Source of the DNA: Selaginella moellendorffii
Taxonomy: Eukaryota; Plantae; Lycopodiophyta
Length of the DNA: 64,000 nucleotides
Direction: 5' to 3'
Assembly: GCF_000143415.4 (NCBI RefSeq)
Contig: NW_003314268.1
Span: 2,186,494-2,250,493 of the forward strand
Positions 47,998 through 59,507 of this stretch are shown here, one piece after another. A program made the translations under genes and the position numbers. A model generated the notes under the pieces. The model saw only the letters and a list, made by a program, of their open reading frames with translations, had not been told where the DNA came from and searched no databases. Each line of letters begins with the position of its first letter. The stretch's first letter is position 1.

Positions 47998-49662
47998 ATG
48001 GCTCAGCAGAGGCGCCGGCACAGCAGCAGTGAGCGCCAGGCTCGTAGACCCGGCTCCAATGCTCTTGAGAAGGCTGGAGATTCCCAGCAAAGCACTGGAT
48101 CGCGGCTCAAGCACGGCATTTTGGCCTTGGTGCTTGTTTTCTTCTTCTTAGCGTGGTATTTCCATTATTCTAGAGATCCACTCGCTAGTTCTTTGGGAGG
48201 AGGTGAGGATCTGTCCTACAGAGATATCTTGAAGGTATGCTAGATCGATTTCTCCATGTTTTCTTCATCCATCGCTTTGCTTTTCTCCTTTTTCCTCAGG
48301 CAGCATCGCGAGCTCCGCGTCTTGGAGCTAAGAGAAAGCTGAATGGTACTGTTCTCGCCTATGTCACGCCATGGTTAGTTCGTGTTTGATTGTTCTTCTT
48401 TCTTTCTTCTCATGGATGATCTTTTGTCGCAGGAATTCCAAAGGATATGATATGGCAAAAAAATTCCGGCACAAGCTCACTCACGTTTCTCCTGTGTGGT
48501 ATCAGCTAAGAAGGTAGGCTTTGCTCCTCACTGTTGTGTAAGTTGATTGTTCTGTAAATTCTGTAGAGATGACAAAGGCATGAGTTTAGCTGGCAAGCAT
48601 GATGTGGATCAAGGATGGATTTCCGAAGTGCGAAAGCAGGGATTTCCACTGGTATGATCTTATAGTTTTTATGTGTATCTATCAAGTTTTTGGTCTTGTG
48701 ATTCTTATGATAGTTACTTCTTTCAGTGACCATTTCGCGCAGATTGTTCCGCGTGTGGTGCTTGAAGGCTGGTCCTTAGACAGCATGCTTGTGAGTGCAG
48801 ACGAGAAGCAAAAGGCAATCAAGCTAATCCTCGAAGAGTGCAAGTACGTGAGTCTTTCATCTTTTTCTTTTTTGTGATTTTCTCTTAGGGAGCAAGCTTA
48901 CGATGGCATCGTGCTGGAAGCGTGGAATTCCTGGGCTTCTTACAGAATACTCGAGAACCATCGTTTACGTGAAAAGGTTTGTAAGAAACAATTTCAAGAA
49001 CATTGTCTGACAACAAGAAATCTACAGGCTCTAGCATTTATCCGAGAACTTGGCTCGTCCTTACACAAGCTCAACGCTGCTAGCGCTACCCGTCCATTGC
49101 AACTCGTGCTCGTTATACCACCCGAGCGTGGAGGAGGCCCGGAAGAATTCACGCGAGGGGACCTCCATTCTTTGCAGCACGCCGTCGATGGCTTCTCGCT
49201 CATGACTTACGATTTCTCAAACGCCTATCGTCCAGGCCCGAACGCACCGCTTCCCTGGATACGCTCCTGCCTCCACTCTTTACTCGCAGGGAAATCCAAC
49301 GAGGTCTCTTCCAAGATCCTGATGGGAATAAACTTCTATGGAAACGACTACGTTCTTCCGCGAGGTATGCTAGAGCTTCTTGCTCGAAACACTTTCTTAA
49401 CGCTAGTTTCATTCTAGGTGGTGGAGCTATTGTTGGCGACCAATTCTTGGAGCTTCTGAAAGAGTACACTCCCAAGCTCATATGGGATTCGATGAACCGA
49501 GAGCATTACTTTGATTACTCCAAGGATCAAAACAAGCACAGGGTCTACTTCCCCACTGCCAAGAGCGTTACTTCGAGGCTAGAAGAAAGTGTTTCCGCCG
49601 GTGTTGGAGTTTCTATATGGGAGATTGGCCAAGGCTTGGAGCATTTCTTCGACCTCTTGTAA
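47998..49662 (+). CDS. CHID1: Chitinase domain-containing protein 1 (GH18-like, SI-CLP type)
   Basis: N-terminal TM; [63 protein letters not shown]. Confidence 0.92.
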
Positions 49663-49729
49663 AAATGTCTTGCGTGGCATCATTAAAAATCCAAACCATC
49701 TGAGGAATCACGATGCAACAGTTGTCTAG

Positions 49730-50014
49730 ATCTTGTCAACTATAGCCATGGCCGCGGACGCAATTCCACTCACCCAGAAGCGTTCCAGCCGGAGCGTTTT
49801 CTCAGCTCCAGCAGCGCTATCCCTGCCACCTCGATTTCATTCCATTCTCGTCTGGTAGGAGAGTTTGTCCTGACTATCCACTGGCGATGAGATCGTTTTC
49901 CGTGTGGCCAGTTTGCTCCAGGCATGGGCGGGATCGACATGGAGGAGTCCACGGCAAGTATGGCGATGAAGCTCAATGCCGCCTTGCTTGTAAACCCGGC
50001 TCGATCAAAATATG
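49730..50014 (+). pseudogene. Degraded duplicate of the 3' end of the neighbouring P450
   Basis: Aligns to about 51505-51830 (FQPERFL, DFIPFSSGRRVC) with several deletions and frameshifts. Confidence 0.88.
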
Positions 50015-50274
50015 ACAGCGCAATAAATTGAGAAACGGAGATTCCTAGCGCTCGATCAATTTGTTAACCCTACTTTTCATTCTAGGTGGTCTTCTGACTT
50101 TAAGGATCAACACAAAAAAAGTTAAATTAAATTTAAATTAAAAATTTAAACCATGTGGGCTGCTACTGCGAGTTTTTTATGGGAGCATGCATAACACGGG
50201 GCCATGCGGCGGAGACGGCAAGGTGCCTTGCGAACCCCGCCCACCGGGGTCTTCGTTGTCAAGTTCTCTACAAT

Positions 50275-51842
50275 ATGGCCATGGCCGTGGAGATCCAGAC
50301 CTTTGAAGCGATGGACTTAGGTGTGGCTTTGTTCGTCCTGGGCATCAGCTGGATCACACTATCACTCCTCATAGGGAGAATTCGATCGTCGCAACAACGG
50401 CGCCTCCCTCCAGGTCCATTCTCTTTCCCCATTTTTGGAGCGCTCTTCTCCCTCGAGGAGCCACTCCACCAGCACTTTGCAAAGATCAGCAAGAAGTATG
50501 GGCCGATCGTCTACCTCAAGATCGGAATGGCCCCGTTCGTGGTGGTGAACAACAACGAAATGGCCGCACAGGTTCTTAAGACCCACGATCTCGAGTTTGC
50601 AAGCCGGCCGGACGACGAGTTCTTTCGGATCGTCAGCCACAACTGGAACGGTCTCATCCTCGGGCCTTTAGGTGACAAGTGGAAAACCATGAGGAGGATT
50701 TGCAGCACACACCTGTTTAGCAACAGTATGCTCAAGGCAAGCACAGGATTCCGGGAGTCGGAGATGAAGCATACAGTCAAGTCCATTTTCCAGCAATCCG
50801 AGACAATGATCAATTTGAAAGAGGTTTTCAGTAGTCTCTTGTCGAATTCGCTATGCCTGGTTCTTTTTAGCGAGCGGGGGCTGGAGGTCATGGATCTCAG
50901 CCAGAAGATAGCATCTCTAAGCTTGCACCTGAACATCGGTGCCCTGCTTCCGGCACTTGACGGGCTGGATCTCCATGGAATCTACAAGAAACTCAACAGG
51001 GAGCTCATGCCTCGCCTGAAGCTCTTGGTGGAAGATCAAGTCGACAAGCATCGACGCAGAAAAGATCAAGCTGGGGACGGGTTCGCCCCTCGAGACTTCA
51101 CTGACGTTCTTATATCTCTCGAGGACAAGGATAAATTGCCAGACATTTCCATTTTGGCACTGCTCGTGGTAAGTTTTACCAGCATCGTGATATTGGTTTT
51201 TTTCACTTCTTGCGACAGGACCTGGTTGTTGCAGGGTTGGAAACTTCACTAGTGACGCTCGAGTGGACAATGGCGGAGCTCATAAACCATCCCCGAGTCG
51301 TGTCCAAGGCTCAAGACGAACTGGACAGCGTTGTAGGGAGAGCTCGCGCGGTGCAAGAGTCCGATCTTCCAAACCTTCCATACATCGATGCCATTGTCAA
51401 GGAATCACTGCGTCTCCACCCGGCGGCCCCACTGGGAGTTCCTCACAAGAATCTCAAGCCCGTCAACCTGGGCGGCTACACCATCCCCGCCGGCTGCAAG
51501 GTTCTCGTCAACATATGGGCCATCGGACGCGATCCCGCTCGCTGGTCCGACCCAGGAACGTTCCAGCCGGAGCGTCTTCTCGGCTCCAGCAGCGCCATCA
51601 ACGGGCAGAACTTTGATTTCATCCCATTCTCATCGGGCAGGAGAGTATGTGCCGGCTATCCACTGGCGATGAGATCGATCGCGTTTTACGTGGCCAGTTT
51701 GCTCCAGGCATTTAATTGGCGTCCTGCTACCCCGGGCGGGATCGACATGGAAGAGCGCACGAGAAGTACAACGATGAAGCTCAATGCTGACTTGCTCGTG
51801 AACGCGTCCATCAGGCTCGATCAAAATATAATTTGCAGCTGA
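50275..51842 (+). CDS. Cytochrome P450, CYP71 clan (A-type), one intron at 51169-51218
   Basis: LPPGP hinge, AGLETS I-helix, KESLRLHP, PERL and heme motif PFSSGRRVCAG. Confidence 0.95.
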
Positions 51843-51931
51843 GCTATAGGCATGTGATGAAACTGTTTAGCGTTGAGATCGCGCGTTAAAATATAACTAT
51901 TTATTATTTAAGTTCTTTATTATTAATATAA

Positions 51932-51947
51932 GCAGGACTAGCTCAGA

Positions 51948-51980
<33 letters not shown>

Positions 51981-52005
51981 AGAGGTTCGAATCCTCTGTC
52001 CAGCG
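51932..52005 (+). tRNA. tRNA-Asn (GTT)
   Basis: Cloverleaf with A-box TAGCTCAGAAGG, anticodon arm TGTGG-CTGTTAA-CCACA and T-arm AGAGG-TTCGAAT-CCTCT; one A:A mismatch at pair 3:70. Confidence 0.9.
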
Positions 52006-52106
52006 TAAGAGTACTAAGCTTTAATTAAAACTATGTAACTAAAATTATAATAATTGAATAATAATTAAGCTTTGCACTAAGATAATATCAAATTTAAGTT
52101 TGAGAT

Positions 52107-52824
52107 TTACTTTCCAGCGATGGCCTCTTTGATCGATCGGGTCACCGACGAAATGCCACTGGCTTCCTTCGATCCATCTTGTCCTTCTCGAGATTTATCC
52201 ACATCACTGGCATTCTCATCGAAATGATCTCTAGCAGCATCGTATTTGTCCTTGAGCTCCTCCTTGGCTTCGTTGATCGCGGTGTAGCTGTCTGCTCCCT
52301 CATCCGGTGCGTCCTTCTTGTCGCTCGCATTTTTCCTCGCGTCCTCAAACCTCTTCTGGACGGACTTCTTCGCCTCCTCGATCGCGTCGTATGTTCTATC
52401 CCCGCTCTGGAAGACTCTTTCACGAGCTTCGTCCGAGCTGCGATTCAGATCCTCCAGGATCTAAGAATGGGACAGGAGAAATCGGGAGGTCTTGTAGAGA
52501 AACTCACCTCTTGCCAAGCTGGTCAGAGATCGACGATCCATCCTTAGCTTGGAGTTGCTCCTCACTCTTGCCCTGCGAGATTTCGCCACTTGAGAAGAGG
52601 GAAAGACAACCTTTTCATACCGCGATTCCCTTGTTCTTGCCCGGCTCGCCGTGACGAGCAACATGCTGCGCTAAGAAATTCCCCATATTTTCCTGAGCCT
52701 GCCCTCTGTAGCGAGCGATCGTATCAAACTCCGACTCCTGGCCACCAGCATTTTCCTCATTCTGATTTGCCGCATCGCGAACGACTGCGTCAAGCCCCGA
52801 TTCACCTTCTTGCGCTCTCGCCAT
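52107..52824 (-). CDS. Hydrophilic LEA-like protein, 3 exons (mostly missed by the ORF track)
   Basis: MARAQEGESG...KGIA|GKSEEQLQAK...LGK|SSDEARERVFQSGDRTYDAIEEAKKSVQKRFEDAR...INEAKEELKDKYDAARD...IKEAIAGK*, joined by GT-AG junctions in compatible phase. ABRE- and CE3-like motifs at 52881-52945. Confidence 0.7.
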
Positions 52825-52963
52825 TGCTCTGCCCTGCCGAAGAACCCTAAAACCTTTAAACACCAATAGGTGGACCAATACACGTGTCACCACGTGGTCG
52901 TTGGAGAGAACGACACGTTACAACGCTACAGCCTTACACGCGTGAAACTAAGACCACATTTAC

Positions 52964-53075
52964 TTTCGTTGAGATCGCATTTATCACAAGCAACTTTGTG
53001 AACTCATCACAAGCTCCTTTTTCGTTGAGATCGCATTTATCACAAGCCACTCTGTGATCTCATCACAAGCTCCTT
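52964..53075. repeat. Tandem duplication, 2 x 56 bp
   Basis: TTTCGTTGAGATCGCATTTATCACAAGC...CATCACAAGCTCCTT repeated at 52964 and 53020. Confidence 0.9.
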
Positions 53076-53107
53076 GCATGCTTCACGCTCAAAATCCCAC
53101 CTTTTGT

Positions 53108-56100
53108 CTACGACCATACCAAGGGCTGCAACCAGACTTTGCCCGATGGGAGAACCAGCTCCAGTTCACTAGGCAACTCCCGTTCTTGTTGGATGGTGCA
53201 TGCGAAGCAAACCCTGGGAAGCCTTTCACCGTCAAGCTCATATGCCAAGTAGCTACCAAGTGCATTCCCAACCGCCTTCAAAACTTTGGGATGCAAGCAA
53301 TCCGTCGGCAGGAGGGGCAATCCCACCCAAACAGCTGCTTTGATATTCCCAGCCTCGTTGGGGTTGAAGTCTTGCTGGAAAGGCTGGAAGAGGATCACGC
53401 GATCTTCGTACTGCGCAAACCGCCTCTCCAGCAACTTCTGAACATCCAGCGAGTTTGCGAATGCCAGCTCGAAGAAACCGTTTGCCAGGAAACGAGCACC
53501 AACATACGAGTGCACGTTCCAGCTCGTACAGGCCAGGTTTTTGAGGACCTCCTCAGTGATGACGTCTCCGCTGCATGAGCCCAGCACCAGATGATCCTCC
53601 AATCCTCGCTTGAATAATTGCAGTTTCATGTCTCGCAAATCGACCCTCCGCACATGACCAGGATCGTAGCCGTTTGCATCCTTTGCCAGCTTCTGATATT
53701 CTAGATCTTCATCTATACTCGTTTCGTCTATGAATCCTGCTAACCAGTCTAGGAAATTGTTGAATGAAGGAAAGGAGGCACTGTGCTGGTTGGTTGTCGA
53801 TGTCGTTTTAGAATTACTCGGATCCAAGACAGTAGCAGATTCATGTTGGTCGGTATTCGTCTCTGAAGTGTTCTCAGCTGCTTTCCCAGTTTCTGGCTTC
53901 TCCTTTATCGGTTCTTTGTCTGCTTCGTGCTCATGCCCCATTTCCGCTTCATTCAGAGCAGATATGGTCTGAACGTTGGCTCCGATGAGATTAACGTTTC
54001 TGGTTTTCAACAGGCCGAACACCTCGTCCGTCAAGGTTATGAAGTCGCAGTCCGTGAGGTCCATTTTTCGGAGCTGTGGTGCTGCAGCCAAAACCTTGGG
54101 CAGTTCTCGAATGGGAATTCCTCGCATAGATATCTCTTCCAAGCTGATGAAGTAGTCACCACTTAAATCAACCCATGGTAACGCTCTCAGTTGCATGCAT
54201 TGCTTCAATTCCAGCTTCCTCAGCCTTGGAAGCAGTCCTATACTCGCAGGTAAGCCAGATATTTGCGTGTTGTTCAAAACCAGCTCCTCCAAGTATGAAA
54301 AATATCTCAACGCTTCCTCGTCAGGGAGCTCTTTCAATCCGGCACAGCCTCTCAGGTTCAAGTGGACAAGGTTGGGCAGCGCCTTGGGATGTATATCCAA
54401 GCGTTGCAGGCGCTCACAAAACGCCAGTTTGAGGATACGAAGACGAGGAAGTGCCCCTGGTTGCAATTCTGGAAATGCTTCTAGTCTTCCGCATCCCGTC
54501 ATGAAAAGCTCTTGTAACGAAGGAAATGCACCTGAACTTCCGAAAGCCTCTGGTAGAGATTGCAAGGACAAGCAGCCTTCAAGATCCAGCTTTTGAAGCC
54601 ATTGTAACTCCTGCAGATCTGAAGGAAGTTGCGACAACGACGTGCAGCCACGAAGGTCGAGAGCAAGCAGTCCCAAGAACGACTTGGCGAGATAGTCCGG
54701 TAGCTTCAGGAGTGATCTGCAAGTGTTGACATCGAGAACCTCTAGAGCGGCCAGGGACTGGAGCTCGTCTGGAATGACTGAAAGTTTTTCGAAGTAAAGG
54801 CTGAGATGTACCAGCCTGGTTGAAGAGATAGCAGGGAAGCGTTCTGCAGTTCGGCTGCTGATCCATAACCTGGTCAACATTTGTAAGGCTGCTAGATTCT
54901 TTAGGCCTTGTACTGGAAGTTCGGATGTTACGCAGCTGCAAGGACTGTGCCGGTTTTGGTCCCAGATATCCCCACACCCTCTTGCGTTGAGATAACGCAA
55001 GTTGACGAGATTCGATACTTTGTGCACTGGAAAGCTCTCCAATTGACAATTTTGCATGTTCAGATGTTCTAACTTCGCCAGCCAAAGAGTCCGGCACAGA
55101 TCGGATGCTGCTATAACTAATGTCGAGGACGACCAGCTCTTTGAGCTTCCCAATCTCCATGGGAAGAGATATTAAGCCCGTCCTGCTCAGGTCCAGTACA
55201 CGGAGCTTTTTAAAGCTCCACAGAAACCGCCCGGTAAGATGTTTCAGCTGAATGTTGTTGCTAAGGAGTAGCACTTCCACATCCGGAGCCCGAGTTCCAA
55301 GCTTATCGACGTTCTCCACCTGATTTCCTATCAAAGAAAGCTTCTTAGCGTTGAACTTCTCTTGGCCAGTACCTTTGCATAGTCCTGCAGGAAACTCCCT
55401 TCCAGACAGAAACAGGCACGCATACTCAGTGGCCTTCTTCTGGTTTTCCAATATGTAAATCGCCATATCCCGAAGCACATCGTGTATTTTGCAACTCAAG
55501 AACTTCGTGTTCTGGCTATGTGTCCAACCTACTTCCAGATCCACGAGTGAGCGTCCTATAAGCTGGCCCAGAATGTAATAAGCCTCAACCTGAGGATCTT
55601 CATCGTCTTTGTATCCTATCAAGCCATCACCAATCCAATACCCAATGAGCTGCTCCACCTCTATAACTGCATCCTCAGGAAAGGCTGCGAAGTAGAGAAA
55701 GCACTCTTGCAGTGCTCTGCCTCGGGCTTTGTCAATCATATCGAGTTCGTCATAGCTAAGCTTGAGTCTGTGATACACCTGGTTCTCTTGTTCCTCGTTC
55801 AAAACCTCGGCATTCTTCAACTTGCGTAATGTAGAATCCCAGTCGCCTAGCTGCTGCTTGCCTGCCATGCTTCCACCAATGACTTTGAGAGCTAAAGGCA
55901 GTCCTTTGCACTCAGAGACCACTTGCTTTACTCTTTCGGCAAGTATTGGTTCCATGTCGTGTTCTAGCTGTTGCCGGTCTTGTCCCGGAAATGCACAGCC
56001 ACAGAAGAGATTCCAACTATGCTCATCCGAAAGCAGTTTCACTTCGATGACCGTTGATGGCACCTTGTCAAAGACACTGTTGTTCCGGGAAGTCACCAGA

Positions 56101-57131
56101 ATTTTGCTGCCTGGAGCATCCACCACATCAAACCACTGCAGCACATTTCCATCCCACACATCGTCCAAGATCAACAACACTTTGCTGTTCTTCAAGCAGT
56201 TGATGAGGGTTTTCCTGCCAGCTTCCTCGGATGAAAAGAGCTGCTCCCCACGGCCGATGTGTTTGCGTAATCTACTTTGCAACCTGGCAATGTTGGGATT
56301 TCGTGCAACCGTGAGCCAATATACCTTTCCTCCAAAGTGATTGTTCACCGATAAACTGTTAGTGACAGTTTGTGTCAACAGCGTCTTTCCTGAACCTCCC
56401 TTGCCCCAAACACCAACCCATCGTCCTGTGCCATCTCGAAGGACTGCTTCAAGTCGGCTACTCAATTCCTCCAGTCCAAACACCAGCTTCGGAATCGGCT
56501 GAAGTTCTGTAGTTGGCTCGTCGACCACGTCTAAACCAGCCGAGTGACTCGTTGCTTCATTCGTTATCTCAAAAATCGCACGATCTTTGCTATAACTCTC
56601 AGACTGTGTGCATCCACAGGTCTTTGCCGAAAGTGAAACGTATCTGTAATTGTCTTGAAGCAACCGTAGTACCTCACTGCATTGTGTGACAACCTTGGCA
56701 GACAGGGCCACGTTCCAAGTACTGGCAGCCTCGTGAAGTTCCTTTATCTTGATCAGAATACTCATGATTCTGCGCGAGAGCCTGTACCTGCAGAACAATG
56801 CACTGATCAATTGATGCGTTACTCAGAAGAAAGAAGAATGCATCTTACTTGACGAAAACGTTGAAGGAATGCACGCTCCTGCACTCGATGATCACTGCCT
56901 GCGCATCTTCTAGGCAGGCCCGAAGGCTTGCAAGCCAGGTGTCAGCAACATTCTTGAGCTGCGGATTGTTCCCAAGGCTCCCCAGTTCAGACACGACCGG
57001 CTTGACACAAGAATCCACCATTTTTGCTAATTGCATACAGTATTCCCGGCACATCACAACCTTTGCCGCTTCTACTATCGCCAGGTGCACTATCTCTGCA
57101 ATGAGCGCCGAGACAAAGCCTGGATCCACCA
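53108..57131 (-). CDS. NLR immune receptor: RPW8-like/4-helix N-terminus, NB-ARC, LRR and C-terminal DUF4283-like domain; frameshift near 55080 (possible pseudogene)
   Basis: P-loop GKGGSGKT, LLILDDVW, GSKILVTSR, CKGLPLAL, CFLYFAAFPED, IHD; LRRs continue across two overlapping frames; one intron at about 56788-56847. Confidence 0.88.
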
Positions 57132-58486
57132 TGATTCTTTCTCGTGGCCTAAGATCTATCTCTAGGCGTCTCACCTGATCATTCGCTCCTGAGGCGAGGG
57201 CGGTCAGACCCGTGGACGAGAGTGGCGAGATGATTGACAGGATGTTCGGAATCCATCTGACCCCTCACGCAAGCGATTCAAGATTTTTTGAGGCCTTCTA
57301 AAATCAGAATATGTGACTTTGGGAGGAGCCCGATGGAAAACCGTGCTCAAGGTGTCATACAACACATCTTTCATAAATCAATTTTATGGGCATTAAATCT
57401 TTATTGTCAACCACAACCATGTGGATACGTACTCTAACTCCATAGAATATGCTTTTGTTGACATTACAACCTTGACCTTCCAACAACTTGCATTTGAATT
57501 ATGTTTATATGTGAGCTATGGCGTGCAATTCGTAAAAGGGTGGATTTTACAACGGTGGATTTCACTCACACCACGTGTATGCTTGCTATTGGTCCACGTG
57601 TATTATGAGTGTATAAAAAACACAGGCATAGAATATTTTTCAATCCTTATGCCCCAGATGGGGCATCAATAGCAATGACCCATGCTATGTATGGAATGGA
57701 GCCATTCATGGCCCATAGACCCATTCATCCCATGCATTCGAGCAAGTTGTTAATGTTGCAAACCAAATGGACAATCGACTAAATTGCATACCATACTACC
57801 TTATCTAGAGCACTATGTTCTCACGTCTTGCTCTTGGCACTCATGGCAAGAGTTTATCTTTCGTTGCAATGCATTTACAAATTGCACGCCTTTTTTAACA
57901 TAGTGTCATAGCAAGCGTAAGTGAACTCCATCTAGAATTTGGGAGTATGGCAGCCTTGATCGTCATCAACAGCCATCGCCGTGTCCTCCCCACATTGCCG
58001 ACCGCCGCTATGCTGCTCGCAATCATCGATGCTCCCATTGTTACCCGCTGCAGCGTCTAGGCAATCGTTGAATCCTCTTACTTCCTCTGTCTTGCATTGT
58101 GATTCTTGAGGTGCATTCACCATGGATGCGAAGAACTCCTGGGCTCTCATAGCTGGAAAATGTTGGAAATTGAGTCACACCTGGGCACACCTCTTTTAAC
58201 ATAGTGTTCATAACAAACGTAAGTGAACTCCATCTAGCTCCATTGCAAAGCCATGGATATATACTATCTGGAGTCATGTCTTTAATGGATCCCATTGAGT
58301 TTATCTTTTGTTGCAATTGATTTCCAGTGTAGCTCTTTCAACACTTGAGTTTTGTACCATGATGCTTAGAAGATTTGCATATGACTCAAAAGTAGGTTGA
58401 AGTCTAACCAATTCGATGAATTGGTGGGGCTCATACTTCAATTGTGTACTATGCAAAGGTGCATAGTGTTGATGTTTAGACGTAAA

Positions 58487-58750
58487 GTTCTCTCAAGAGG
58501 AGCATGCTAAAGGAAATTTGAGAATGTGGAAGTTGCAATTGCATGCAGTAACATTCAGGATAACAATAGACACTTTCAACATTTTCCAATTATAATTGTT
58601 TCAAATTGGACCTGGAGTTCTCTCAAGAGGAGCATGCTGAAGGAGATTTGAGAATATGGAAGTTGCAATTGCATGTAGTAACATTTAAGTGAGAAGAGCA
58701 ATGACAATGGACACTTACAATATTTTCCAATCATAATCGTTTCAAATTTT
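58487..58750. repeat. Diverged tandem duplication, about 130 bp x 2
   Basis: AGTTCTCTCAAGAGGAGCATGCT...GGAAGTTGCAATTGCATG..GTAACATT at about 58487 and 58616. Confidence 0.85.
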
Positions 58751-58776
58751 GAAATTTGTAAAAAGGGTTTCCAAGC

Positions 58777-59367
58777 ATGGGGCAAAACTATCCAATGTAT
58801 GCCGTGCGTTGCGGCCGAAGAACTGGAGTTTTCAAGGATTGGAAGCTCGTGCTCACTTTGGTAAGAGTAGATTTGTAATAGTTTCCTATATGGTGTAACC
58901 CTTTTGCAATGTTTAAGGTTTCTGGGTTTCCTCTTGGCATGGCAAACTGGAGAGGATTTTATGACTTCTTTGAGGCACAACAATGAATCCAACAGGGGAC
59001 AGGACCGAGGATTCTATATGATGCCTCCTCCTCTCAAGGCTCGACAATCCCTTTGACAAGGCAGCCCAAGACTACTTCTAATCTTGTGCCAATCACCGAG
59101 GGGAAAGGTCCTGTTGAAGAAAGTGACAGCGAGGGATATGTTATTGCTCGAGATGCAAGCAAGGACGAGTTCACAGACCTAGAGGGTGATTTTGGTTCTA
59201 CCAAATAGGTTGAGAGTTCCTCAAGCGAGGATGGGCATCATGTAGCACCCAAGCTCGATAGTTTTGACCCAGAACCTAAATTGGGAGCTGCTTTGGAAGC
59301 TATAGTGATTACCCTTGGTGAGACAAGCATAAGCCAAAAGGGTACCAAGGGCCGCAAGTGCCTATAA
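58777..59367 (+). pseudogene. RNase H1 N-terminal hybrid-binding (Cauli_VI-like) domain gene with an acidic tail and two premature stops
   Basis: Exon 58777-58860 MGQNYPMYAVRCGRRTGVFKDWKLVLTL, intron 58861-58917, exon VSGFPLGMANWRGFYDFFEAQQ*IQ; stops at 58984 and 59206. Confidence 0.7.
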
Positions 59368-59507
59368 TGGGCATTTGTGGAATATTTTGAATATTCTTAC
59401 CTTTAACTTCGCCAATGAACTGGAAAGAGTCTCTTTCAAAGTGTGAAACATATTTGAAGACAATTATCTATTTTTATTGTGAAAGTGTCTACATTACTTC
59501 GACAACA

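Noticed and set aside
48895-48930. CHID1 lacks the DxxDxDxE catalytic motif
   Set aside because: Normal for the non-catalytic CHID1/SI-CLP subfamily.
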